Below, one piece after another: positions 50,051 to 62,948 of a stretch of DNA of 64,000 nucleotides. The DNA is from Octopus sinensis (taxonomy: Eukaryota). The notes under the pieces are model-generated. The model saw nothing but the letters and a program-made list of their open reading frames with translations. It had not been told where the DNA came from and did no database searches. Position 1 is the stretch's first letter. Each line of letters starts with the position of its first letter. The stretch spans positions 4,774,001 through 4,838,000 of the forward strand of contig NC_042999.1 of NCBI RefSeq assembly GCF_006345805.1, given 5' to 3'. Both the position numbers and the translations under genes were made by a program.

Positions 50051-50522
50051 TGTGGGATGACAGGTGCCGTTATATATCGACTATTTCGCACACACTACAT
50101 GTGTGTGTGTGTAATATTTAATATCACTAAAATAGGAATGTATTGAACCAGTGACTGGCAAAGCTAAAACCGATAACACTATTGTTCACAAAATGCATGA
50201 TATGAAATAAATAACTAAATAACCATCCTATAAACCTTCCTGGTTGTGAATAATATCTCGAGTGAATTAATGAAAGCTAGGTCAAGTATGCCAACACTGC
50301 CAGAAGTTAGACGGCAGAAGTTATCTGATTACAATTGGATACATAAATATTTTATGAACTGGCGAGAACACGCCGCCGTGTTTGAAGAAAAACAATCTTT
50401 GTAATAATATTTATGAACATGATGGACAATTCCATCGACAAACGTTTAGCAGATGTATTTTGTGGGAATATTGCTGTTTTTTGTTGTAGTTGTTGTTGTT
50501 GGCGTCAGTCTTTTATTAGTAA

Positions 50523-50906
50523 CTAGCAGTATCGCCCTGGAAATAACTATATAAGCATTTTTAGAGAGTTATAGCCAAAAAATAGCAAAAAAAATGCATT
50601 AAAAATGGAAAAAAAAAATGATGGTAAATTTTTTTTTTAAATCGTTGACTCATCGTAGACATTTTTAGAGAGTTACTTCCCTTATATAATAGCAAAAAAA
50701 ATGCATTAAAATGGAAAAAAAATGATGGTAAATTATTTTTAAAATCGTAGACTCATCGTAGACGCGCGCTAATACCCAGAAGGGCTCGATATGAATCACG
50801 ACTATAAGATACCCGAATTTGGTTAAACTGCACCGCAAAATGTGGGAGTATTTAGGAATCTAAATCGTAGGTGACAGACACACAACCTTACTTTTATATA
50901 TAAAGA
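50523..50906 (-). mobile_element. Non-autonomous Helitron, second family, with internal tandem duplication
   Basis: A|TCTTTATATATAAAAG start and CTGCTAG|T end; related 3' half at 10670-10896 (+). Confidence 0.75.
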
Positions 50907-51026
50907 TACATCAAAACGGTAGAGGTGTAGGGGCCGAAACCCTGGACGTGGTTCCTCCTGATGATGTCTTGAGCTAACTGGATCCTATAAAGGAGCTGTT
51001 GTGGTATTCCTGTGAGAATACTGCTT

Positions 51027-51259
51027 GGATCTTTTCGGTTTGAACGGCAGATTTTTAAAATAATTTCCACGTAACTAAACACTTTTAAACTTTGTATACT
51101 GGTAGAATCATCTTTTTCTCTTGGCTTTCTTGAGAAAATTCTATAGTTTGTTCTTTTTTTTCTTCAATTTCTGCAATAGATCGATACTAGGGTCATAATT
51201 ATAGGTGACAATTTCATATGACACCGCTAGAAAAACTGCCGTTCAAACCGAAAAGATCC
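51027..51259. mobile_element. MITE with perfect 24-bp TIRs
   Basis: GGATCTTTTCGGTTTGAACGGCAG at 51027-51050 and its exact reverse complement at 51236-51259. Confidence 0.85.
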
Positions 51260-51262
51260 TAT

Positions 51263-51454
51263 TACTCTTTTACTTGTTTCAATCATTTTACTGTGGCCAA
51301 GCTGGAGCACCGCCTTTAGTTGAGCAAATCGACCCCAGGACTTATTCTTTGTAAGCCTAGTACTTATTCTATCGGTCTCTTTTTGCCGTAACCGCTAAGT
51401 GACGGGATGTAAACACACCAGCATCGGTTGTCAAGCAATGCTAGGGAGACAAAC

Positions 51455-51489
<35 letters not shown>

Positions 51490-52090
51490 ACAGGCTTCTT
51501 TCAGTTTCCGTCTACCAAATCCACTCACAAGGCTTTGGTCGGCCCGGGGCTATAGCAGAAGACACTTGCCCAAGATGCCACGCAGTGGGACTGAACCCGG
51601 AACCATGTGGTTGGTTAGCAAGCTACTTACCACACAGCCACTCCTGCGCCTATATGTTAATTATTGATTTCGAATTTTGGACACACAGCCAGCAATTTAA
51701 GGGGAAAGTCATAAGTCGATTACATCGATCCCATTATTCAACTGGTACTTAATTTATAGACCTCAAAAGGAAGAGTCGAGACATCAGTGGCATTTGAACT
51801 CAGAACGTAAAGACGGACGAAATGCCGCCAAGCATATCGCCCGCCATGCTAACGAACCTATCAGCTTACTGCCTTAAGGTGTGTTACTAATAAAAGATTG
51901 ATGCCAACAACAAAAATAACAGCAATATAGGCGCAGGAGTGGCTGTGTGGTAAGTAGCTTGCTACCAACCACATGGTTCCAGGTTCAGTCCCACTGCGTG
52001 GCACCTTGGGCAAGTGTCTTCTGCTGTAGCTTCGGGCCGACCAAAGCCTTGTGAGTGGATTTGGTAGACGGAAACTGAAAGAAGCCTGTC

Positions 52091-52134
<44 letters not shown>

Positions 52135-52821
52135 GTTTGTCTCCCTAGCATTGCTTGACAACCGATGCTGGTGTGTTTACATCCCGTCACTTAGCGGTTA
52201 CGGCAAAAAGAGACCGATAGAATAAGTACTAGGCTTACAAAGAATAAGTCCTGGGGTCGATTTGCTCGACTAAAGGTGGTGCTCCAGCTTGGCCACAGTA
52301 AAATGATTGAAACAAGTAAAAGAGTAAAGAGTATATCTTCGTTTTGAATAAAAAGAGAATGAATAAAAGAAAAGGAGTAAAGAGTAGGTGTGAACGGCCG
52401 AGGAAAGAAATGAAACGGAGAGAAAGAGCGAAAAAGGGAAGGTTGGAAAGAAAGAAAAAAAGGAATGAAGGGAAAATAGAAATTCATTTCTACTCTAGGC
52501 ACAAGGCCCAAAATTTTGGGGGAGGGAGCCAGTCGTTTAGATCGACCCCAGTATGCAAGTGACGGGGACGTAAACACACCAGCATCGGTTGTCAAGCAAT
52601 GCTAGGGGGACAAACACAGACACACTAACACACATACATATATATATATACATATATACAACAGGCTTCTTTCAGTTTCCGTCTACCAAATCCACTCACA
52701 AGGCATTGGTCGGCCCGGGGCTATAGCAGAAGACACTTGCCCAAGATGCCATGCAGTGGGACTGAACCCGGAACCATGTGGTTGGTTAGCAAGCTACTTA
52801 CCACACAGCCACTCCTGCGCC
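51263..52821. mobile_element. Three family A SINEs in alternating orientation (-,+,-) with family B fragments between
   Basis: 51263-51650 (-), 51930-52332 (+), 52558-52821 (-). Confidence 0.9.
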
Positions 52822-53575
52822 AATGTGGAAAAATATACATTAATTGATGATCATAATGATGTTGATTATTTGGGGTCTTCAAATTCTTTCATTAAATATA
52901 GACTTATACTGACCTGTCAATTTTATATCTGACTTATAGAAATTAATATATTTGAAATTTAATTAAGAAATTATCAATACAGAAAATAAAAGTAAAACTT
53001 GTACAATATTTAATTCTAAAAATGAAATTAACAAATAATCAATATGAATAATACAAATACAAAATCATAATTGGATGCCACATAGAAATATGGGCAAAAC
53101 TATAGTCACGTACATTTTTGACAGTTCATCCAAAGATTTATTATTATTATATATATCATCATCATCATCTTTTAACGTCCGCTCTCCATGCTAGCATGGG
53201 TTGGACGATTTTGCCTGAGGACTGGCGAACCAGATGGCTGCACCAGGATCCAATCTTGATCTGACAGAATTTCTACAGCTGGATACCCTTCCTAATGCCA
53301 ACCACTATGAGAGTGTAGTGGGTGCTTTTTACATGCCACCAGCACGGGGGCCAGTCAGGCGGTACTGGCAACGACCTCTCTCGAATCCTTTTACACATGC
53401 CACCAGCACAGGTGCCAGAAAGGTGACTTTGGTAACGATCACACTCGAATGGTGCCCTTTTACATGCCACTGGCACGGAAGCCAGTTGGCTGCTCTGGCA
53501 ACAATCACGCTCGGATGGTGCTCTTAGCACCCTACTAGCACGGGCACAAGTGCCAGTAAAGTGACGCTGGTAACG

Positions 53576-53607
<32 letters not shown>

Positions 53608-53809
53608 GATTTATTATTATATGTGAACTCATTTAAATGGTTGGGAAGTTAATGTAAACTGAAAGCTTTTTGAAATTCATCCATGTGTATTCAACATTGT
53701 TTAGATATATTCTGTGAAAGAATTTTCCAAAACTGTCACAGAGGCATTTACAGTACTATAGGCTCTGGGTTATCTTACAGTACTAGAGGCTTTGAGTAAA
53801 CCAATGCAC

Positions 53810-54523
53810 TGGCCCTTGAGTACAGATTTATTGACAGCAAGCCATAGCATACATTGAGCACCTAGACTCATGAGGCTCCTGGGAAACTGCTTGTGTGATT
53901 ATGCCTTAACACAGCACTTCCCACAGGGTACTAGTATTATAAACTATTTAACCAGCAAAATTTAAAGGTAAACTATAGCTGCATAAAGAATAAGGAAGCA
54001 TCACCAAGGACTATAAACATCCCACACTATTTAATAAGCCCATGAATCAGGAAATTAATTGTATTTTATCAATGAAACTCTGTTAACTGAAATAACAAGA
54101 AAAATAATGGAAATTATCAAAATTGAAAGTTATGTCATTTAAGTAAAATGTCAAATCTTTAGTTTGCCAAGCTAGAGACACACACCAGCCCTCTAAACCA
54201 TTTATTATAATGTGCAAGGGTAGTTTCAAGACTGAAAAGTTTAACCATATGCTCACCTTTAAACATGTAGGCAAAAGAAATACTACAGTTTTATCAGGCT
54301 ATATATGTAATTTGAAAGATTTATACTGAAATTCAGCAATAGGTACACCTCCTTGTGATTATTGTAGCATTGATAATGAAGAAAAGTTATCCATCCTCAA
54401 AAGAAAAATAAGCACACAAATATCCAACTTGAATAGAAAGGCTGAGTTAATCTTTAAATGTTGACACTAAAACAAATATTGCTTTACCTGATCTTCAGTA
54501 AGGTATTAAGCCATTAAGCCAGA
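53810..54523 (-). other. Cluster of candidate non-coding exons (54488-54523, 54257-54466, terminal 54086 to about 53810)
   Basis: Acceptors ttttcag, ttgttttag, tatttcag; donors CAG|GTAAAG and AAG|GTGAGC; AATAAA at 53827-53832 (minus). Confidence 0.35.
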
Positions 54524-54573
54524 CTGAAAATATATAAATGAGCAACTGGAAATCTGTAAAGTACCTCTTTTAG

Positions 54574-54690
54574 GGAAGACAAGAGAGAAGTTAACAAAAT
54601 GATGCACCACTAATGCTGAAAAAGACTGAGGGATGTGATACCTACTTCACCAGCCATATGTGATGAATGCCTGGAGACAGATATATGAAG
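54574..54690 (+). other. Candidate exon, no through-going frame
   Basis: cctcttttag acceptor and AAG|GTGAGT donor, 117 nt. Confidence 0.35.
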
Positions 54691-55486
54691 GTGAGTAACA
54701 GAAAGCTGTTAAATATTCATTGTAAGACAATGAACTTTTTTACTTCATCTTTACATTGCAAAACACTGTAACTCTGTATGTGTGTGCACGCATGGCCAAA
54801 TGGTTACAAAGTTCACTTTAGAATCGCAAGATTCCAAGTTCAATCTCAAAGCCTGATATTTTAAGCAAGTACTTCTGCCATAAACTTGGGTTGCTAACCC
54901 AAGAATCATGAACAAAATTGAAAAGATAGCAAGTGTGGGAAAGGCCGATGAATGAACCATACCGGTAATACAATGAGCTAAACTAACCACATATTGATTG
55001 TACCTGATGATTATGTTAAGAGCAGGAGCACCAGTAGAATACTCAACTACTTATGTGCTAATTCAAGGAGTAGATTAACTGAACAACTGGAATTACTCAT
55101 CAACACAACTGGTGAAGATCCGTTGCTTATTTACTTATCTATCTATCTATCAATACACACATATACATACATATATAAATATATTTTATATTGTAAAACT
55201 GTTATGCTTTTTGGATGAATACCGGTAAGGGAAGGACATGTCCACCTCGTATGAGCAATTTTTTTTGTGTCTTCTTTTATCATCCTTCTATGTAATATAT
55301 ATATACAAAAGAGATAATGGTGTTAGGTAATGCTGAATAGACAGACCATAGTTAAGTTCCAGATTTGGTAATTTTGCGAATAAGGGGTTCAACGTTGGTT
55401 CTGTCAGCATGTGTATATAAGAATTTTTTGCATAATGAGATAAAAAACCAAGACTGTGTATATATTAGAACATTTATAGATCGAAG

Positions 55487-55538
55487 GTCTTACAGCTGTT
55501 TCCAGGATATTTATTAATTACATCCCTTCATCAGAGAC
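55487..55538 (-). ncRNA. Type I hammerhead motif, left member of an inverted pair
   Basis: gtct-CTGATGA-a-GGGATGT..ATATCCT-g-GAAA-CAGCTG-TA^agac. Confidence 0.75.
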
Positions 55539-55751
55539 GGTGTAAAGGGATGGTTAAGTCATAGTTAGTTTCGATGTGATACAAAATAGAGAGTGAGGTG
55601 GAAGAAAGAAAATAGATGCAAGATATGTATGGATATTGAAGCTGTAAATCAATTTTTTTTAGGCAGAATGGTATATATGTAATATTCTAATACCCTATGA
55701 GTAAAGTCCAAAAGTCCAACAGAGTTTTAAATGGGTCCTTCCTCTCACACC

Positions 55752-55803
55752 GTCTCTGATGAAGGGATATAATTAATAGATATCCAGGAAACAGCTGTAA
55801 GAC
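55752..55803 (+). ncRNA. Type I hammerhead motif, right member of an inverted pair
   Basis: gtct-CTGATGA-ag-GGATAT..ATATCC-ag-GAAA-CAGCTG-TA^agac. Confidence 0.7.
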
Positions 55804-56419
55804 CTATCTATAAATGTTCTAATATTCACACAGTCATGGGTTTTTATCTCATTACGCAAAAAATTCTTTTATATATATATATATACTGTATATATATCTT
55901 TTAAATTTGCTTTTGGTAATGTTAAGGGTATGCAAATGAACCTTCTATTTAATTATGCCGGCCACCGTCTAATGGTACTCACTAGTGAGTCAGTTTTACA
56001 GGATTGCATCATAGTTATACCGATATAATGTAGGATAAATATAATAATAACAATAATTCTTGGATAGAATTTATAAATATTTAATACATCGATGTGTTAA
56101 ATATTTATAAATTTCATCCTAGAATTATTGTTATTATTATTATATATATATCTATATAGATATATATATATATATACACATACACAAATGGTCTTCTTCC
56201 AGTTTCCATCAACCAGATCCACTCTCAAGGGTTTGGTCAGTCAACTCAGCGCTATAGTAGAGGACACTAGTTGAGAAAATTGACCCGAGGACTTATTCTT
56301 TGTAAATCTAGTACTTATTCTATTGGTCTCTTTTGCCGAACCGCTAAGTTACAGGGATGTAAACACACCAACATCAGTTGTCAAGTGATGTGGTGAGGGC
56401 GGGCATACATACATACATA

Positions 56420-56482
<63 letters not shown>

Positions 56483-57489
56483 CAGGTTTCCTTCAGTTTC
56501 CGTCTACCAAATCCACTCATAAGGCTTTGGTCAGCCTGAAGCCATAGCTGAAGGCACTTGCCTAAGGTGCCATGCAGTGGGACTGAACCCAGAGCTATGT
56601 GGTTGGTAAGCAAGCTACTTACCATACAGCCACTTCTGCCCATGTAAATATTTAAGCTTCATGTATCGTCTGCTTATTTAAATTTGCTGTATTTGCCAGA
56701 CAGATTTTCTTTTTCCCCTTCTGTGTAACGAACATGACTTCTTGTGATTTTACAAGCCTCATCAACCTACGGTTAAGCCACATAACATAACAAACAAAGG
56801 CACGTAACAGTCGAGTACAGGAGTATTGAAGCAGAAATTTTAAAATGAAAATATATTAACCTAAATTCAAAGCATGACTAGACAAGAGGTATTGGCCGTA
56901 AATTGATAAGACAGAAAAATTATCAACGTAACATCTTCACTGGTTTTGTTTTTTGTCTTTTTGTGACACCAGCACGAGAGTGAAGTCATGTTGTAAGTGA
57001 TACGATGACCTCATTAGAGAACGTGCCATGAGAAAGAAAAAAGCACTCACTCTATACTCTGTAAAGCATTTGGTGTCAGGAAGGGTGTCCTGCCATAAAA
57101 AAACATGCCAAAGTAGATATTGGAGCAGCATGATGCAGTCCTCATCTTAGCAAACCATCCAACCCATGCCAGCATATTCTCATCATCATCATCATCAACA
57201 TCATCATTGTATAACATCCTCTTTCCATGCTGGCATGGGTTGGACAGTTTGACAGGAGCTGGCCAGGCAGAATCCCGCACCATGCTCCTGTGTCTGTTTT
57301 GGAATGGTTTTTATGGCTGGATGTCCTTCCTAACACCAACTACTCATACAATATAAATACTGCTTTCTACTAAAAGGCAAAGTCAACCATGACAGAATTT
57401 GAACTCAGAATGTAAAGACCGATGAAATGACATTAAGCACTTTGCCTGGTGTGCGAGCAATTTTGTCAGCTTTATAGAAAATAATCGAA

Positions 57490-57952
57490 ACCGATATCAA
57501 ATTCGATGACTGGTATCCATGCCAGTGGAGCGCTAAGAGCACCATCCGAGCGTGATCGTTGCCAGAGCAGCTAACTGGCTTCCATGCTGGTGGCATGTAA
57601 AAAGCACCATTCGAGTGTGATCATTACCAGCGTCACCTTACTGGCACTTGTGCCAGTGGCACGTGAAAAAAACATTCGAGCAAGGTCGTTGCCAGTGTCG
57701 CTGGACTGGTTCCTGTGCAGGTGGCACGTAAAAAACAACATTTTCGAGCATGGCCGTTGCCAGTACCGCCTGACTGGCCCTCGTGCCAGTGGCACATAAC
57801 AGCACCCACTACACTCTCAGAATGGTTGGCGTTAGGAAGGGCACGCAGCTGTAGAAACTTTGCCAGATCAGATTGGAGCCTGGTGCAGCCTCTGACTCAC
57901 CAGTCCTCAGTCAAATCGTCCAACCCATGCCAGCATGGAAAGCAAACATTAA

Positions 57953-57990
<38 letters not shown>
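57490..57990 (+). mobile_element. Family C element, long copy
   Basis: Four divergent hairpin units, GGAAGGGCA motif, (GAT)n tail. Confidence 0.8.
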
Positions 57991-57996
57991 CTTTTT

Positions 57997-58157
57997 AAAA
58001 ATCTAATTCCTCTGTTAATCTTCATCCGATTCCACTACAACCCCTTATGCATTCATCATCTGCATTGGCTACACCACATGCAATCTCTATCTACACCTTT
58101 TCAACAAACCAGAGAGGGCCAGTTTCCTGAAGGGATTAACATCCTGTCTGTTTCCTT
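57997..58157 (-). pseudogene. Decayed LINE ORF fragment with Cys/His finger (KETDRMLIPSGNWP..C*KGV..C.WCSQC..HK..CSGI..RLTEELDF)
   Basis: Resembles the PHD-like finger in the C-terminal part of some RTE-type LINE ORFs; several stops and a frameshift. Confidence 0.6.
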
Positions 58158-58476
58158 ATTCGCATGCTGTGCAAAGTTGTAGCAGTTGGTTTTGTGCAGC
58201 CATTAAGGATCCGAGTAGATAAAAATCACGAAACAAAGAAAACTATGTGATAAGGAAGTGACAAACAAATACGAAATATTCAAAGCTGGACAAATAAAAC
58301 AGTTGATGGAAGAAGCAGAGAGCTATGAAAAGGAATCAGGAAGAATAACTCAAGACTACACACAACAAAAATAAATAGACCAATAAAAAGGAATAGAAGA
58401 GAATCTAGCATTTCAGATTATACCCCTTATGGAAAAGAAGAAAAAGTAATAAGAGAGGCAAAAGAAAAAGAATTCA

Positions 58477-59230
58477 TCATCATCATCGTTTAACGTCCAT
58501 TTTCCATGCTGGCATAGATTGGACGGTTTGACCAGGGTCTGGGAAACCAGGAGGCTGACCCAGGCTCCAGTCTGATCTGGCAGTGTTTCTACAGCCGGAT
58601 GCCCTTCTTAACGTCAACCACTCCATGAGTGTAGTGGGTGCTTTTTACGTGCCACTGGCACAAGTGCCAGGGGAGGCTGGCAGCGACCATGATCGGTTGG
58701 TGCTTTTTACGTGCCACTGACATGGAAGCCAGTCAGGGCGGCGCTGGCATCGGCCACGTTCGGATGGTGCTTTTTACGTGCCACTGGCACAAGTGCCAGG
58801 GGAGGCTGGCAGCGACCATGATCGGTTGGTGCTTTTTACGTGCCACTGACATGGAAGCCAGTCAGGGCGGCACTGGCATCGGCCACGTTCGGATGGTGCT
58901 TTTTACGTGCCACTGGCTCAGGTGCCAGGGGAGGCTGGCAGTGACCATGATTGGTTGGTGCTTTTTACGTGCCACTGGTATGGAGGCCAGTCAGGGCGGC
59001 GCTGGCATCGGTCACATTCGGATGATGTTTTTTACATGCCACCGGCACAGGTATCACAACTACAATTTCCATTTGATATTTATTTTGATGTTGATGTACT
59101 CGACTCAATAGGTCTCCTCAAGCACAACAGGTCACCCTACGAACCAAGGTAAGCACAGCAGGTCGTTCTGCAATCCAAGGTACTTTGGATGGGCTGGGGC
59201 TATGTGAAACTAGAGCAGGTCACTCCATAT
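58477..59230 (-). mobile_element. Family C element with 3 x 129-bp dimeric higher-order repeat
   Basis: Unit A starts at 58651, 58780 and 58909, alternating with unit B. Confidence 0.8.
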
Positions 59231-59458
59231 ATTCCTATACTTTTTTTACATCAAGTTCTTTATTTGAAAAACATCACGTAATTATTGTTTGCCACTTTTT
59301 AATTTCATAATCTTCAGTTATATTTGTGTTTCTTTATCTAAATATATCTGTCTCTATATAATCATCATCATCATCGTTTCACGTCTGCTTTCCATGCTGG
59401 CATGGGTTGGACAGTTTGACTGAGGACTAGCAAGCCAGAAGGCTACACCAGGCTCCAT

Positions 59459-59531
<73 letters not shown>

Positions 59532-59932
59532 TATACATACATACATATATAGATTTTCTCTATTTTCTAGAGAGGCCACTTGCTAGAGGGGCCATAGGCC
59601 TAGAGTCTGAGGAAACTCTGTAAAGTCAAGCGCTTTATGGATGTGAAACCCAGGGTAACCTCATAGACCAGCCATACCTATCTTTATCTATCTATCTATC
59701 TATACATATATACTCTTTTACTCTTTTACTTGTTTCAGTCATTTGACTGCAGCCATGCTGGAGCACCGCCTTTAATCGAGCAACTCGACCCCGGGACTTA
59801 TTCTTTTGTAAGCCCAGTACTTATTCTATCGGTTCTTTTGCCGAACCGCTAAGTAACGGGGACATAAACACACCAGCATCGGTTGTCAAGCAATGCTAGG
59901 GGGACAAACACAGACACACAAACACACACACG

Positions 59933-59967
<35 letters not shown>

Positions 59968-59972
59968 TATAT

Positions 59973-60126
59973 ATACTAAGCAATAAGGGTTTAGCAACGA
60001 GTTGCCTTACCACATACCGAATTTAGAAATAGCAGTCAAAGGGTTATAGCTATAACCCTTTGACTGCTATTTCTAAATTCGGTATGTGGTAAGGCAACTC
60101 GTTGCTAAACCCTTATTGCTTAGTAT
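59973..60126. repeat. Perfect 154-bp palindrome with no spacer
   Basis: 77-bp arms centred between 60049 and 60050, checked base by base. Confidence 0.95.
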
Positions 60127-60218
60127 TACTTAAATTTTCCTCGAATGAGGCTTTTACATGCCGAAGACTACTTGGTGTAATTGATAATTTTTCCAAATTA
60201 ATTAATTTCACCCTTCAT

Positions 60219-60257
<39 letters not shown>

Positions 60258-61314
60258 GGGCTTCTTTCAGTTTCCGTCTACCAAATCCACTCACAAGGCT
60301 TTGGTGGGCCCGAGGCTATAGTAGAAGACACTTGCCCAAGGTGCCACGCAGTGGGACTGAACCCAGAACCATGTGGTTGGTAAACAAGCTACTTACCACA
60401 CAGCCACTCCATATGTATGTATATGTATACACACAAATATACATACCTTCACATATTCAATGTCACATATATACATATATGAATACATTAAATATGTACA
60501 TAACTACATGTAGATACCTATACATGCATGTATGCATACACGCACACACACACACACATATATATTGTGTTGTGAGGTTTCAACAAGTAGCACAGCCCTC
60601 TATCAGTATGTGATAGCTATGGTGCACAAGATTTGAGGGTTTTTTTAATTATAATTATATAAGCATATATACACAGAGACACATAAATACATACACATAC
60701 AGACACAGACACCCACAAATACATCTGCAAGTATACATATACACACATTCATATATATATATATATATATACAAGATAAGAAAATGGAGAAATACATCTA
60801 AATCAAATATCAATTACCAGATAATACTCAATCACATACTTTATTAAACCACCACAAAAAAGCAGAACAAATCAGTGTACATAAAGGAATGTATATGTAA
60901 TCTATACTTATATTTATATTTACTTATATTTATATTCTCTTTTTTATATATATTCTACTTATTATACAACATTACTCTTTTATGTACACTTTTTTATGTA
61001 CATTCCTTTATGTACACTGATTTGTTCTGCTTTTTTATGTTTAACCCTACAGTCTCTTATGTGGTGGTTTAATAAAGTATGTGATTGAGTATTATCTGGT
61101 AATTGATATTTGATTTAGATGTGTTTCTCCATTTTCTTATCTTGTATTAGTAATTTGTGGTAAATCATTTTACCTTTGCCCATATAATACAGTAAATGAA
61201 TTGATTGCATCGCAATCCTTAACATTTATGTATTAACTTTGTTGGGTACTTCACTAGCAGTATATTGGATATGTTATCCCATGGAGGGTTGCACTTACAA
61301 CCCCTATCTCAATT

Positions 61315-61387
<73 letters not shown>

Positions 61388-62085
61388 ACAAATAATGCCA
61401 TCGTTGTGCTGATAAGCAAAAGAAAAGAAAACTACTCTGAATATATTCACGTAGGCGTAGGAGTGGCTGTGTGGTAAGTAGCTTGTTTACCAACCACATG
61501 GTTCCGGGTTCAGTCCCACTGCGTGGCATCTTGGGCAAGTGTCTTCTGCTATAGCCCCGGGCCGACCAATGCCTTGTGAGTGGATTTGGTAGACGGAAAC
61601 TGAAAGAAGCCTGTCGTGTATATGTATATATATATGTGTGTGTGTGTGTGTGTTTGTGTGTCTGTGTTTGTCCCCCTAGCATAGCTTGACAACCGATGCT
61701 GGTGTGTTTACGTCCCCGTCACTTAGCGGTTCAGCAAAAGAGACCGATAGAATAAGTACTGGGCTTACAAAGATTTTCTCGACTAAAGGCGGTGCTCCAG
61801 CATGGCCGCAGTCAAATGACTGAAACAAGTAAAAGAGTAAAAGAGAGTAAAGAGTATATACATCTTAAGATATATTGTTTGATAAGGCCAGTTATCAGCG
61901 TTTATATACTTGTACATATACATACATACACACATGCATACATACATACATACATACATACATACATACATACATACATACATACATACATACATACATA
62001 CACAGACACATGTTCATACATACATACATACATTCACGCACACATACATACATAGTAATCAGGTGTTAAATTCCATTACACTTAC

Positions 62086-62170
62086 CTGATTGAATCAAAA
62101 CAAATTACAATAATACCACAGTTTTATTTTCTCTTAATTCCCTTTCGATATTGTTCCACATGTAAAAGAC
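62086..62170 (-). other. Candidate non-coding exon (5'UTR or lncRNA)
   Basis: Long pyrimidine tract ending at the first AG (62171-62172); consensus donor CAG|GTAAGT; stops in all three frames. Confidence 0.5.
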
Positions 62171-62504
62171 CTTTGCGGTTGTTAAATCCAAAATGACAGG
62201 AGATTCAGTCAAGGTGGGGAGGGGCACGGAAAGCGGGGGGAAGAAAAGAAAAAAAAGAAAAATGAATGTGTAAATAAAAAAGCGTGTAGAAATTAGTTTT
62301 GTGTTTAATGTTTGAATTACATTCGTTGTTTTGAATGTCAATTAAGTTTGGTGCGTTTTTGTTTTAATTAATGAAGTTTTGGTGTTTACAAAATTGTATC
62401 TGGTTAGAAAGAATACCAGCATTGAAGGAAGAAGGTTTGAGGAAGCTAAGTGTGTGGGTGTATGTCTGCGTAGGTGCGTGTGTTCGCCTCTTAATATGTT
62501 AGTC

Positions 62505-62535
<31 letters not shown>

Positions 62536-62716
62536 GTGTGTATGTGTGTGTGTATGTGTATGTGTGTGTGCGTGCTTGTATATGTGCAGTATGTATGTGT
62601 ATGTATTTGAGTGCGCGTTTATGTACGCATGTTTATATGTATATGCGTGCCCGAATGCTTGTGTGCGTGTATGTCTGTTTGCGTGGGAGCGTGTGTTCGC
62701 CTCTTAATATGTTTAA

Positions 62717-62948
62717 GGTGGCGAGCTGGTAGAACCGTTAGCACGCCGGGCAAAATGCTTAGTGGTATTTCGTCTGCGGTTACGTTCTGAGTTCAAATTC
62801 CGCCGAGGTCGACTTTGCCTTTTCATCCTTTCGGGGTCGATAAATTAAGTACCAGTTACGCACTGGAGTCGATCTAATCGACTTAATCCGTCTGTCTGTC
62901 CTTGTTTGTCCTCTCTGTGTTTAGCCCCTTGTGGGTAGTAAAGAAATA
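62717..62948 (+). mobile_element. Family B SINE, full length, little diverged
   Basis: Complete head-to-tail match to the family B pattern; inverted copy at about 33318-33540. Confidence 0.88.

Noticed and set aside
49604-50121. Long Cys/Val and His/Thr ORFs
   Set aside because: Artefacts of (TG)n repeats; the same holds for 44300-44704, 62379-62732 and 63457-63997.
54940-55225. Further hammerhead candidates (CTGATGA at about 55005, ATACCGGTA motifs)
   Set aside because: No correctly placed GAAA or stem II; at best decayed remnants. Likewise 3756, 17672 and 27872.
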